18,297 nucleotides of DNA from PVC group bacterium (lineage in GTDB: Bacteria; Auribacterota; Erginobacteria; Erginobacterales; Erginobacteraceae). The notes below the pieces were generated by a model. That model made no database searches. It was not told the DNA's origin and saw only the letters and a list, made by a program, of their open reading frames with translations. The stretch is from assembly GCA_043804695.1 (NCBI GenBank), contig JAZDIV010000061.1:1-18297 (forward strand). The letters run 5' to 3'. Of this stretch, positions 7,124-15,125 are shown one piece after another; the stretch's first letter is position 1; each line of letters begins with the position of its first letter. The translations under genes were made by a program, and so were the position numbers.

Positions 7124-7345
7124 CTCGCTGCGCTCGCAACTTTTGCCACCAAGACACTAAGAAAAAAGCAAATACGATGAGTATTTTACCCTTTTTCCTC
7201 TTTTCTTGGTGCCTTTGTGCCTTGGTGGCTAATAATTATTGAAATTCCGAAACAGTACATTAGGTTAGTGTCGATACGTGTAATTCGTGGGCTGTAATAG
7301 GGGCAACGCCGGGGGGAAAGAATCAGAGTAATCAGTGAAATCTGA
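7100..7345. repeat. Mosaic of repeat families between convergent nudF and GNAT genes
   Basis: Family-A core 7123-7137; GCCACCAAGACACTAAG (7145-7161) inverted to CTTGGTGCCTTTGTGCCTTGGTGGC (7205-7229); half-site 7238-7255; AATCAGAGT AATCAGTGA AATCTG (7321-7344). Confidence 0.75.
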
Positions 7346-7371
7346 GGACTAACAAGGGGGCACGGTGGGAA

Positions 7372-7842
7372 TCAGGTATCCCGGACCAGCGCCACCTCCT
7401 TGCAGTCCGGGAAATGGGGACAGTAAATACAGTCCTTCCAGATCTTCTGGGGAAGGCTCTCTTTCGAGATCTCGGAGAAGCCGAGCTGGAGGAAAAATTC
7501 CGGAGAAAAAGAGAGCGTGAAGACACGCGGAATCTTGAGATCGGCGGCATCGCGAAAGCAGTCCTCGACCAGCGCCCTCCCCCACCCTTTCTCCCGGATG
7601 TCCTCCGCCACCGCCAGGGTCCTGATTTCCGCGATGTCTTCCCAGCAGACCTGGAGGGCGGCGCAGCCCACGATCCGGTCCCCCGCCGCCAGCACCCGGA
7701 AGTCCCGGATGCGCTCATAGATCGAGGAGAGAGACCGGGGGAGCATCAGCCCCCGGGCGGCGTACTTGTTCACCATCTCCCTGATCCCCTCCGCGTCGGG
7801 GGGGTACGCTCTTCTCAGCGCGACGCTCATCTCCGGGCTCAT
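7372..7842 (-). CDS. GNAT N-acetyltransferase, short ArgA-like (amino-acid N-acetyltransferase) family
   Basis: GLMLPRSLSSIYERIRDF, AEIRTLAV, acetyl-CoA motif REKGWG, LPQKIWKDCIYCPHFPDCKEVAL tail. Start chosen at 7842 (GGAGG 8 nt upstream); 7884 and 7830 are alternatives. Confidence 0.85.
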   Translation of the reverse strand: MSPEMSVALRRAYPPDAEGIREMVNKYAARGLMLPRSLSSIYERIRDFRVLAAGDRIVGCAALQVCWEDIAEIRTLAVAEDIREKGWGRALVEDCFRDAADLKIPRVFTLSFSPEFFLQLGFSEISKESLPQKIWKDCIYCPHFPDCKEVALVRDT

Positions 7843-7873
7843 CTTTTCATCCTCCCGTTCTTTTCCCGTCTCT

Positions 7874-8986
7874 TCAATCGGCAATCGTCACCCGGGTCCC
7901 CCGGGGGAGAAAGATAAACAGTTCATCCACATCCGCATTGACCATCCGGACGCAGCCGTCGCTGCTCTGGCTGCCGACCGTCTCCGGCATGGTGGTGCCG
8001 TGAATCCCATAGGCGGCATAGGGGTCGTCGAATCCCATCCAGCGGGTCCCCAGAATATTGCGGGGGTCGAAGGGGGGGATCGTCTCTCCCCCGTGAATCC
8101 AGGGAGGGTCGATCAGCCTGGTGACGATGGTGAATTCGCCGACCGGGCTGCAGTTGTTCCGCCCGGTGCCGACGGAGTACTCCTTGAAGAAGGCGCCGCC
8201 GTAAAGCAGGGTCAGGGTGTTGCGAGACTTACTGACGGCGACCTCAAAGCGCCGGTCCGGCACCTTCAGTACCTGTCCGGGATGAATGATGTCCCCGGAG
8301 ATTTTGTTCATCTCCTGCAGGAGGGCGGCGGTGGTGCCGTGGGCCCGGGCGATCGCCTCCAGCGAGTCTCCCGAACGGACCGTGTACGAGCGATCCCCCT
8401 CGCCGATCGCCGGGGAGAGAAAGAGCGAGAGGTTCAGCTCCCCGAGTTCCGCCCGGGCCCGGGCGATCGTTTCCGCCGGGCCGGCGGATTCCAGTACCTC
8501 CCGGTAGAGAGCCGCGGCGGCGGCGACATCTTCCGCCTCTTTCCTGGCCCGGGCCAGAAGCAGCCGGGCCTCCGGGCTCCGGGGAGAGCCGGGATACCGC
8601 TCCAGATAGGATTGCAGCCGTTCCCGGGATCGGCCGCCCTTTTCCATCGCAATCAGAACACGATTGTATTCGGCTTCCTCCCGGAGCGCGGGGTCGTCCG
8701 AGGAACCCAGTTCTTCCCAGAGCGCGGCCGCCGCCGGGTAGTCCCTCAGCCGCATCCGGCAGCGGGCGAGCAGAAGGGCGGCTTCTCTCCCGGTGGCTTC
8801 ATCCGGCGGGGCGGCAACGATTTTTTCCAGGAGGGGGACCGCGGCCCGGCAGTCTCCTGACCGGGCCCGTTCGAAGGCGGCCCGGAATTCCTTCCCGGTC
8901 GGGCGGGGGCGGAAGACAAAAAACCAGAAGAGAAGGACAACAATCAGAAGCGACACCAGTGCGATTAGAACAAACTTGCCGCGCAT
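7874..8986 (-). CDS. Membrane-anchored TPR-LysM-L,D-transpeptidase (YkuD family)
   Basis: N-terminal TM helix, TPR-like helical repeats, LysM (YTVRSGDSLEAIA...IHPGQVLKVP), YkuD motif YGIHGT...SSDGCVRM. Start at ATG 8986 (MRGKF). Confidence 0.9.
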   Translation of the reverse strand: MRGKFVLIALVSLLIVVLLFWFFVFRPRPTGKEFRAAFERARSGDCRAAVPLLEKIVAAPPDEATGREAALLLARCRMRLRDYPAAAALWEELGSSDDPALREEAEYNRVLIAMEKGGRSRERLQSYLERYPGSPRSPEARLLLARARKEAEDVAAAAALYREVLESAGPAETIARARAELGELNLSLFLSPAIGEGDRSYTVRSGDSLEAIARAHGTTAALLQEMNKISGDIIHPGQVLKVPDRRFEVAVSKSRNTLTLLYGGAFFKEYSVGTGRNNCSPVGEFTIVTRLIDPPWIHGGETIPPFDPRNILGTRWMGFDDPYAAYGIHGTTMPETVGSQSSDGCVRMVNADVDELFIFLPRGTRVTIAD

Positions 8987-9026
8987 ATTTCTCTCGATTG
9001 GATTCTGCTGTCGCGGAACCGGGAAT

Positions 9027-9764
9027 CTATCCGGCCTTCCGGGGCAGCGGATGGTGCCGCACGACCTTTTTTTGCCGGATCTCAATCCGGATCCCCTGGT
9101 AGAGGCCCATGATCAAATAGGACATGAAGGCCAGAAAAATACCGACCTGATGATGGGTGATCAGGATGACCAGGATTAAAATCACGGCCACCAGGTAGAG
9201 AAAGGGCTGTTTCTTCCTCAGGTCCATGGTCAGCAGCGTGGGGTAGGTGAGGCTGGTCACCATCAGGGCGCTGAGCACGATCATGATGAAGGGGATGACC
9301 ATCTCCAGGCCGAACCCGAAATGTTCGTTAAAGATAATGAACGAGAGCAGCACCCCCGCCGCCACCGGGGAGGGAAGCCCCTTGAAATCACTCTTCTCTT
9401 CCTTGTTGACCTGGATATTGAAGCGGGCCAGGCGCAGCGCGCAGAAGACGATGTAGAGAAAGGCGATGCCGACGCCGAAGCCCCCTAGCCGTTCCAGGAC
9501 GATCCGGTAGGCCAGGATGGTGGTGACCACCCCGAAAGAAAGAAAGTCGGCCAGGGAGTCGAGCTCGACCCCGAACCGGGTGGTCGCCCGATACAGCCGG
9601 GCCAGCTGCCCGTCGATGAAGTCGAAGATCATCGCCAGCAGGAGGAACCAGGCCGCCCGGGGATACAGCTCCGGGACGCCCCGCAGGATCAGGGAGAGGG
9701 AATAGACCCCGCAGAAGATGTTGGCGGTGGTGAAGAGATTGGGGAGAATGTAGATCTTTTTCAT
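9027..9764 (-). CDS. pssA: CDP-diacylglycerol--serine O-phosphatidyltransferase
   Basis: ILPNLFTTANIFCG, CDP-alcohol motif DFIDGQLAR...FGVELDSLAD, ALRLARFN, FKGLPSP; ATG 9764 overlaps the psd stop (ATGA). Confidence 0.94.
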   Translation of the reverse strand: MKKIYILPNLFTTANIFCGVYSLSLILRGVPELYPRAAWFLLLAMIFDFIDGQLARLYRATTRFGVELDSLADFLSFGVVTTILAYRIVLERLGGFGVGIAFLYIVFCALRLARFNIQVNKEEKSDFKGLPSPVAAGVLLSFIIFNEHFGFGLEMVIPFIMIVLSALMVTSLTYPTLLTMDLRKKQPFLYLVAVILILVILITHHQVGIFLAFMSYLIMGLYQGIRIEIRQKKVVRHHPLPRKAG

Positions 9765-10393
9765 GTTATTTTTCCTATGAGGGTCCGCCCCCCCCGGACG
9801 CGATCTCCCGGGGAGACGGTAAATGACGCGGACAGCGGGAAGAAAAGCTCCACCCGGGAACCGAAACGGATCAGACCCAGTTTCTCCCCCGCCCGCAGGC
9901 GATCTCCCACCCGGCAGCGGCAGACGATCCGGCGGGCGACCACGCCGGCAATCTGCTTCATCATCCAGGAGCACCGGTCACCCCGGAAACCGATCTTCTG
10001 GGCTTCATTCCCCTCCGAAGCGGACTCCAGGTAGGCTTTTTTGAATCCTCCCGGCTGACGGGAGAGATAGGCGACTTCGCCCGCGGCCGGCGCGTAGTTG
10101 ATGTGCTCGTCGAAGAGGGACATGAAAATGCTGATCTTCCTGACCATCTCTCCCATAAAGTCCGGTTCCCGGACCTCCCGGATATCGATGATTGTGCCGG
10201 AGGCGGGGGCCACGATCTGGGGGCCGTCGAATGTTGTCTCGACGGGGCTCTCCCGGAAAAAGAGCGCGGAAGCCAGGGCCAACAGGAGAAAGAGAGCCCC
10301 GATCGGCCACAGCCTCCAGAAGATGAAGAGGAAGACCGCCCCGATCACGAAGAACAGCCCGATAAACTTCAAACCGTCTTTTTCAACCATCAT
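9761..10393 (-). CDS. psd: Phosphatidylserine decarboxylase proenzyme (short type)
   Basis: LFFRES, ISIFMSLFDEHINYAP, KQIAGVVARRI, autocleavage motif IRFGSRVE; coupled to pssA. Confidence 0.94.
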   Translation of the reverse strand: MMVEKDGLKFIGLFFVIGAVFLFIFWRLWPIGALFLLLALASALFFRESPVETTFDGPQIVAPASGTIIDIREVREPDFMGEMVRKISIFMSLFDEHINYAPAAGEVAYLSRQPGGFKKAYLESASEGNEAQKIGFRGDRCSWMMKQIAGVVARRIVCRCRVGDRLRAGEKLGLIRFGSRVELFFPLSASFTVSPGDRVRGGRTLIGKIT

Positions 10394-10394
10394 A

Positions 10395-10465
10395 ATAAAT
10401 TAACTCGCTTTGCTCGTTAATTTATGCGAACCCCCCGACTGAAGTAGTCGGGGGGTTGTTGCTTA
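10395..10465. repeat. Composite element: family-A hairpin + CCCCCCGACT/AGTCGGGGGG hairpin + tail
   Basis: ATAAATTAAC-TCGCTTTGCTC-GTTAATTTAT, linker, CCCCCCGACT-GAAGT-AGTCGGGGGG, TTGTTGCTTA. Confidence 0.85.
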
Positions 10466-10628
10466 GACAAAGATTACTCCCCGAAAGCAAGGTCGCGAAA
10501 GGTATTTCTTATTCCTGCCAATATCTATAACTTTCGTGTTGCTGTTCTTTTTATCCCTGTCATGGTTCAAAACTACCCCTATTTATGAAATAAATCGGGG
10601 TTACACTATAATTTTTTCGAAGAAAAAA

Positions 10629-12020
10629 TTATATGCTGATAAAACCGAACAGGGACTTGATGTCGTCGTCCCGCAGCCTCAGCCCTCCTCCCCCATAAAA
10701 ACCCGGCTCATCAAGGAGGTTGTCTCCTCCCAGCCGGAGATAAAAACCCCACCAGACGTGGGTGTCGATGAACGCGCGGAGGAGGAAGGGATCGATGTTC
10801 TCATCCTTCTCCTTCGACCAGACGTCCCTCCCTTCTATGGTGGCCACCAAGTCCTCACCCCAGATCCGGAAATCCAGGCCGCCGCCGACCCGGCCTTCCA
10901 GCAGCCCTCCCCGGACGGTCAGGATGTTGTCGAAGAAGCGGAGGCCGATCTGGGCGTCGATTTCCGTAGAGGGGTCGTCGGTCCGGTCCGCCTCCGTCCC
11001 CTCCCCCCCCAGCAAACTGAAACCGATCTGATAAATCTTGCTGGGGGTGGGCTCGATCTGTATATAGGCCTTGGTCAGGCTGTGCTGGTTCCGGGTATTG
11101 TAGGCGGCCTCGGCCCCGATGTAAATGCGGAGCCGCTCCGCCTTTGACAGCATGTCGGTCAGCTTCTGACCGGCGGTGTTGACCGAGGCCAGCGTTCCCT
11201 GGGCTTCGGTGTAAAACTCCTCCTCATTGACCAGCTTGCCGATCGTCCCCTTGCCCTGGTTGATCTTGTCGGTTATCTCCTTGAGGTTCTTCATGGTGTC
11301 CCGGATCGAGGGGGTCGTCTCCTTCAGCTCCCCGACAATCTCATCCACCTTGTCCCGGTTTTCCTCCACCATCTTCTGGAGGTCGGCGAAGAGCTTCCTG
11401 ACATCGTTATAGAGCTCGCGGTCGTTGATCAGCTTGCCGACCGTCCCCTCTCCCGCAGCAATTTTGTTCGCGATCCGCCGGATGTCGTTGTAGATGTCCT
11501 CTTCGGCGATCAGCTTCCCGACCGTCCCCTCCCCCCGGGAAATCTTGGCCGTCGTGTCCTTGATCGAGGCCAGGATCTGATCGACATTGTCTCCCGCCTT
11601 TCCCAGACTGGCGATCGCCTCCGACAGCCCCGGAGAACTCAGCCCCTCAATCTCATCCCCCTTCTGGATAAATCCGGATGACTCGTCGCCCCAGATGATA
11701 TCGACCCGCTTGCCCCCCAGTAAACCGATGTCTCCCAGCCGGAAGATCGAGTCCCGCGGGATCTTGATCCCCCGGTCGATGGCGATGATAACCCTGATCT
11801 TTCCCTTTGCCTGGACCAGGTCCTTGACGGATCCCACCACCATGCCGCCCAGGGCGACCTTGTCCCCCCGCTCCAGGCCTCCGACCTGGTCGAAGGCAAC
11901 GCTGATGGTGTACTGTTTCTTGAAGATATTGATGTCGGTGAGCAGAATGGTGAAGAGAGCCAGAAGAGCGATCCCCAGGAAGAAGACCAGACCCACTTTC
12001 TTTTCTGCCGACAGGCCCAT
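10629..12020 (-). CDS. mlaD: MCE/MlaD family protein with long helical region and beta-rich C-terminal domain
   Basis: N-terminal TM (KVGLVFFLGIALL), MCE domain (FDQVGGLERGDKVALGGMVVGSV...GLLGGKRVDI), three G-x-GT-x-GKL repeats, C-terminal amphipathic strands; follows mlaE-mlaF. Confidence 0.9.
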   Translation of the reverse strand: MGLSAEKKVGLVFFLGIALLALFTILLTDINIFKKQYTISVAFDQVGGLERGDKVALGGMVVGSVKDLVQAKGKIRVIIAIDRGIKIPRDSIFRLGDIGLLGGKRVDIIWGDESSGFIQKGDEIEGLSSPGLSEAIASLGKAGDNVDQILASIKDTTAKISRGEGTVGKLIAEEDIYNDIRRIANKIAAGEGTVGKLINDRELYNDVRKLFADLQKMVEENRDKVDEIVGELKETTPSIRDTMKNLKEITDKINQGKGTIGKLVNEEEFYTEAQGTLASVNTAGQKLTDMLSKAERLRIYIGAEAAYNTRNQHSLTKAYIQIEPTPSKIYQIGFSLLGGEGTEADRTDDPSTEIDAQIGLRFFDNILTVRGGLLEGRVGGGLDFRIWGEDLVATIEGRDVWSKEKDENIDPFLLRAFIDTHVWWGFYLRLGGDNLLDEPGFYGGGGLRLRDDDIKSLFGFISI

Positions 12021-12024
12021 ATTA

Positions 12025-12197
12025 CAAGTTAGCGCCTCCGGCGCAACTTGATGTGTAAAGTGTAAAGTGGAAGGTGTAAGGGGTCTTTAAACTTTACACC
12101 TTACACTTCACACTACTTTATTGAAATTCCGAAGCAGTAAATTAGCTCGCTGCGCTCGCTACTTTATATCGGACCCCCCCGATTGAATCAATCGGGG
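12025..12197. repeat. Five stacked repeat modules in the mlaF-mlaD spacer
   Basis: Family A 12025-12050; GTGTAAA/TTTACAC heptamer hairpin 12053-12113; half-site 12120-12137; family A 12138-12166; CCCCGATTGA-A-TCAATCGGGG 12177-12197. Confidence 0.88.
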
Positions 12198-12242
12198 AAG
12201 AAAAAATAATATCGGGGTTACCGGGGACACGCCGACATACTG

Positions 12243-12992
12243 TCACTTTTCCCATCCCTCTTCGTGCTTCGGGATGCCCTTGATGAACTCCTGCACCAGC
12301 CGCTCCGGGCTCCGCCTGATCTCGTCCGGGGTCCCGAGGGCGACAATCCTCCCGTCATAAAGCATGGCGATCCGGTCCGCGATCAGGTAGGCAAAGCTCA
12401 TGTTGTGAGTCACCGCGATAGCAGTAAATCCAATCCGGGCATGGAGGTCAACTATTAAATGCCCAATGGTGGCGCTCAGGATCGGGTCAAGGCCGATGTC
12501 GGGTTCGTCGAAGAGAACCAGGTGCGGATCCATCACCAGGGCCCGGGCCAGGGAAACTCTTTTCTGCATCCCCCCGGAGAGTTCGGAGGGCAGTTTCTCC
12601 TCGACATCAAACAGTTTGACCAGATGCAGCCTGTCGCTGACGATCTCCCGGATCTTCTCGTCGGGATAACCGCTGTGTTCTTTCAGGGGAAGGGCCACGT
12701 TATCCCCGACCGTCAATGACTGGAGAAGGGCCGGCGACTGGAAGATCACCCCGTACCGTTTCCTGATCTCGTAGAGTTCTCGGAGTGAGCAGCCGGGGAT
12801 CGAGACGCCGTCCACCAGGACATCCCCGGAGTCGGGCTTTAAAAAGCCGATGATGTGCTTGAGGAGAACCGACTTCCCCATCCCGCTCCCGCCGATGACA
12901 ACCATCAGTTCCCCCTCCTTCACCTCGAGGTTGACTCCTCGGAGCACCTCTTTCCCCCCCAGGCGCTTATGTACATTGTTAATCTCAATCAC
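12243..12992 (-). CDS. mlaF: ABC transporter ATP-binding protein MlaF/Mkl
   Basis: Walker A GGSGMGKS, signature LSGGMQKR, Walker B LVLFDEP, H-loop VTHN; GTG start; between mlaE and mlaD. Confidence 0.93.
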   Translation of the reverse strand: MIEINNVHKRLGGKEVLRGVNLEVKEGELMVVIGGSGMGKSVLLKHIIGFLKPDSGDVLVDGVSIPGCSLRELYEIRKRYGVIFQSPALLQSLTVGDNVALPLKEHSGYPDEKIREIVSDRLHLVKLFDVEEKLPSELSGGMQKRVSLARALVMDPHLVLFDEPDIGLDPILSATIGHLIVDLHARIGFTAIAVTHNMSFAYLIADRIAMLYDGRIVALGTPDEIRRSPERLVQEFIKGIPKHEEGWEK

Positions 12993-13050
12993 GGCAGAAT
13001 TAATTCCTTATGCAACACGCCCAACTGTACCGACACTCGGATAATGTTCC

Positions 13051-13139
13051 GGAGTATTGGAGTGCTGGAATACTGGAGTGGTGGAAACCGGTACTCCAAT
13101 GCTCCCTTACCCCAATACTCCATTACTCCATCACCCCAT
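13051..13139. repeat. Inverted GGAGTRYT/ARYACTCC octamer array
   Basis: GGAGTATT GGAGTGCT GGAATACT GGAGTGGT GG ... TACTCCAA TGCTCCCT TACCCCAA TACTCCAT TACTCCAT CACCCCAT. Confidence 0.9.
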
Positions 13140-13158
13140 TTCCTATACCCCATCTCAT

Positions 13159-13206
13159 CTATTTTCTACTGAGGGAGCATCAAGATGCTCCCTCAGTAGA
13201 AAATAG
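13159..13206. repeat. Perfect 23-bp inverted repeat overlapping the mlaE 3' end
   Basis: CTATTTTCTACTGAGGGAGCATC-AA-GATGCTCCCTCAGTAGAAAATAG. Confidence 0.97.
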
Positions 13207-13960
13207 CAGTGATGAAATAATCGAAGACCAGTACCGTCAAAAACGAGAACACCAGCGACCGGGTGGTCGCCCGGCCCACGCCCTGCGCTCCCGCCCGGGC
13301 GTTCAGGCCCTGGTAGCAGGCGACCGCGGCGATCGTCAGCCCGAACACGACCGCCTTCACCATCCCGGTGTAGATATCCTTGATCTCGAGGTTGGACATC
13401 GCCCCGTCGAAAAACGTGTAATAACTGATCCCGATCTGGAGCCGGGCGATCACCCCCCCTCCCACGATGCCGACCAGGTCGGCGAATGCGGTGAGGATGG
13501 GGAGCATCACCAGAAGCGCCCAGATCCGGGGCATCACCAGGAAGCGGACCGGGTTGATCGACATCGCCTCCAGGGCGTCGATCTCCTCCGAGACCTTCAT
13601 CGTTCCCAGCTGGGCCGCCATCGCCGATCCCACCCGGCCGGCCACGATGATGGCGGCGAAGACCGGCCCCATCTCGCGGCAGATGGAGGCGGCGACGATA
13701 TTGCCGATCGTCCCCTGGAGCTGGAAGCGGGCCAGCTCGTGGCCGGTCTGGAGCGCCAGCACCATCCCCGTGAAGAGGGCGACCACCATCACCACCGGCA
13801 GGCTTTCCACGCCGCAGAGGAGCATCTGGTCGATGATCAGGACCCGGTATTTCAGGGTGGTCTTGAACCAGTAGAGCCCCCGGAAGAGGAGAACCACCGT
13901 GCCCCCCATCCCCTGAAGCATCTCCAGTATCTTGCCGCCGGTTTTATCCAGGATATCCAT
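13193..13960 (-). CDS. mlaE: ABC transporter permease MlaE
   Basis: GVESLPVV, REMGPVFAAIIVAGRVGSAMAAQLGTMKVSEEIDALEAMSINP, GAQGVGRATT. Confidence 0.96.
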   Translation of the reverse strand: MDILDKTGGKILEMLQGMGGTVVLLFRGLYWFKTTLKYRVLIIDQMLLCGVESLPVVMVVALFTGMVLALQTGHELARFQLQGTIGNIVAASICREMGPVFAAIIVAGRVGSAMAAQLGTMKVSEEIDALEAMSINPVRFLVMPRIWALLVMLPILTAFADLVGIVGGGVIARLQIGISYYTFFDGAMSNLEIKDIYTGMVKAVVFGLTIAAVACYQGLNARAGAQGVGRATTRSLVFSFLTVLVFDYFITAIFY

Positions 13961-13965
13961 CTTGG

Positions 13966-14034
13966 AAGTGCCTAAAGTGCCTAAAGTTTTCAGCCAGAGG
14001 CTGATCCGCCTCCGGCGGAGAAGTGCCTAAAGTT
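13966..14034. repeat. AAGTGCCTA nonamer array interrupted by a double-hairpin element
   Basis: AAGTGCCTA AAGTGCCTA AAGT [TT TCAGCC-AGA-GGCTGA TCCGCC-TCC-GGCGGA G] AAGTGCCTA AAGTT. Confidence 0.85.
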
Positions 14035-14093
14035 AAAACTACTCGCCGACATTGGAGCGGGAACGAGCTATTATTCATTATTTTAATATTTTT

Positions 14094-14137
14094 TTGAAAT
14101 TCCAAAGCAGTTAATTAGCCCCCTTCGGTCGCTAATT
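14094..14137. repeat. Half-site plus family-A hairpin
   Basis: TTGAAATTCCAAAGCAG-TT-AATTAGC-CCCCTTCGGTC-GCTAATT. Confidence 0.85.
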
Positions 14138-14253
14138 TATGTTTTGAACCAAGACTATTATGATTCCATTGAGGCAATACCGGTGACTTAAACTGTTCCT
14201 GCAATATTGCTTCAATGCTTGCACACTCTTATTTTTCCGCAGAAAAAATAAGA

Positions 14254-14952
14254 TTATTGAATCACGTCCCCCCCGCTCTCCAGCGGCTCGAAGAGATCCG
14301 CTCCTTCCGGCAGCCTGAAATCGAAGAAACGGTCGGAAAGCCCGGAGTTGATCCGCCATTCCTTTATCTCCAGCTCCACCGGGGGCTGGGACTGCCGGGA
14401 GATGACCATCCGGCTGATCAGCCAGGTCCGGGGGTCGACCCGGGCCCGGACCTCCCTGATCTCCGCGTCCTTCTGGTCCGGGACCACCGTCACCAGGTAG
14501 GACCCGTCGGCCTGGACCGCGGCCGAACGGTTCGTCCCCCGCAGGAGCACCTTGATCGGGGAGGTCAGCCCCCAGCTCATTTCGTAGAGGGTCGCCTGCC
14601 GCTGCTCTTCATCCTTCAGCCGGTAGGCCTCGACGATCCCCAGGTCGGGAGAATAAATCCACATCCGGGCGCCGTTGATGAGGACCTCCCGCCCGCCATT
14701 GACCACAGTCTTCAGCTTGTCCGGCTTCTGGTAGCTCAGGGTGATCAGCGCCGGCACGCCCGGGCCGCCGTCCCCCGCCCGGGGGATCAGTTCCACCGCG
14801 GCCACCAGGTCGTCGATCTTCTCCCGGACCGCCTCCATCTTATAAATAATCCGGTTAATGTCCGGCGGCGGCTCCGGCGCAGTGAAACTCCGGAAGGGCA
14901 TCGCGGTGGTTATAACCATCAAGATGTAAAAAATGATTTTTCTAAGGCACAT
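14254..14952 (-). CDS. LolA-like outer-membrane lipoprotein carrier family protein
   Basis: Signal-like N-terminus; YQKPDKLK, LINGARMWIYSPDLG and INSGLSDRFFDFRLPEGAD match the LolA-fold pattern (KP..., DG...W.Y.P, N.......F.F..P.G). Confidence 0.78.
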   Translation of the reverse strand: MCLRKIIFYILMVITTAMPFRSFTAPEPPPDINRIIYKMEAVREKIDDLVAAVELIPRAGDGGPGVPALITLSYQKPDKLKTVVNGGREVLINGARMWIYSPDLGIVEAYRLKDEEQRQATLYEMSWGLTSPIKVLLRGTNRSAAVQADGSYLVTVVPDQKDAEIREVRARVDPRTWLISRMVISRQSQPPVELEIKEWRINSGLSDRFFDFRLPEGADLFEPLESGGDVIQ

Positions 14953-14987
14953 AATTCAACTCGGCGGATAGGGAATAACGACATCCG

Positions 14988-15070
14988 GGAGTGCTGTCCG
15001 GCCCTCCATCACTTTTACCCGCCGAAGCTTTAGCGGAGGAGGGCCATCACTCCGGTACTCCAACACTCCA
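14988..15070. repeat. Octamer array containing the same 30-bp REP-like insert as 2429-2458
   Basis: CCATCACT [TTTACCCGCCGAAGCTTTAGCGGAGGAGGG] CCATCACT CCGGTACT CCAACACT CCA. Confidence 0.88.
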
Positions 15071-15125
15071 TACGGATCCTTCCCGGAATCTCATAAACGA
15101 AATATATCTATTGATTCAGCCGTGA

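Noticed and set aside
12490..12520. MlaF DEPDIGLDP as an inactive Walker B/D-loop
   Set aside because: The catalytic D-E and the LD of the D-loop are intact; the residue after P varies in this family.
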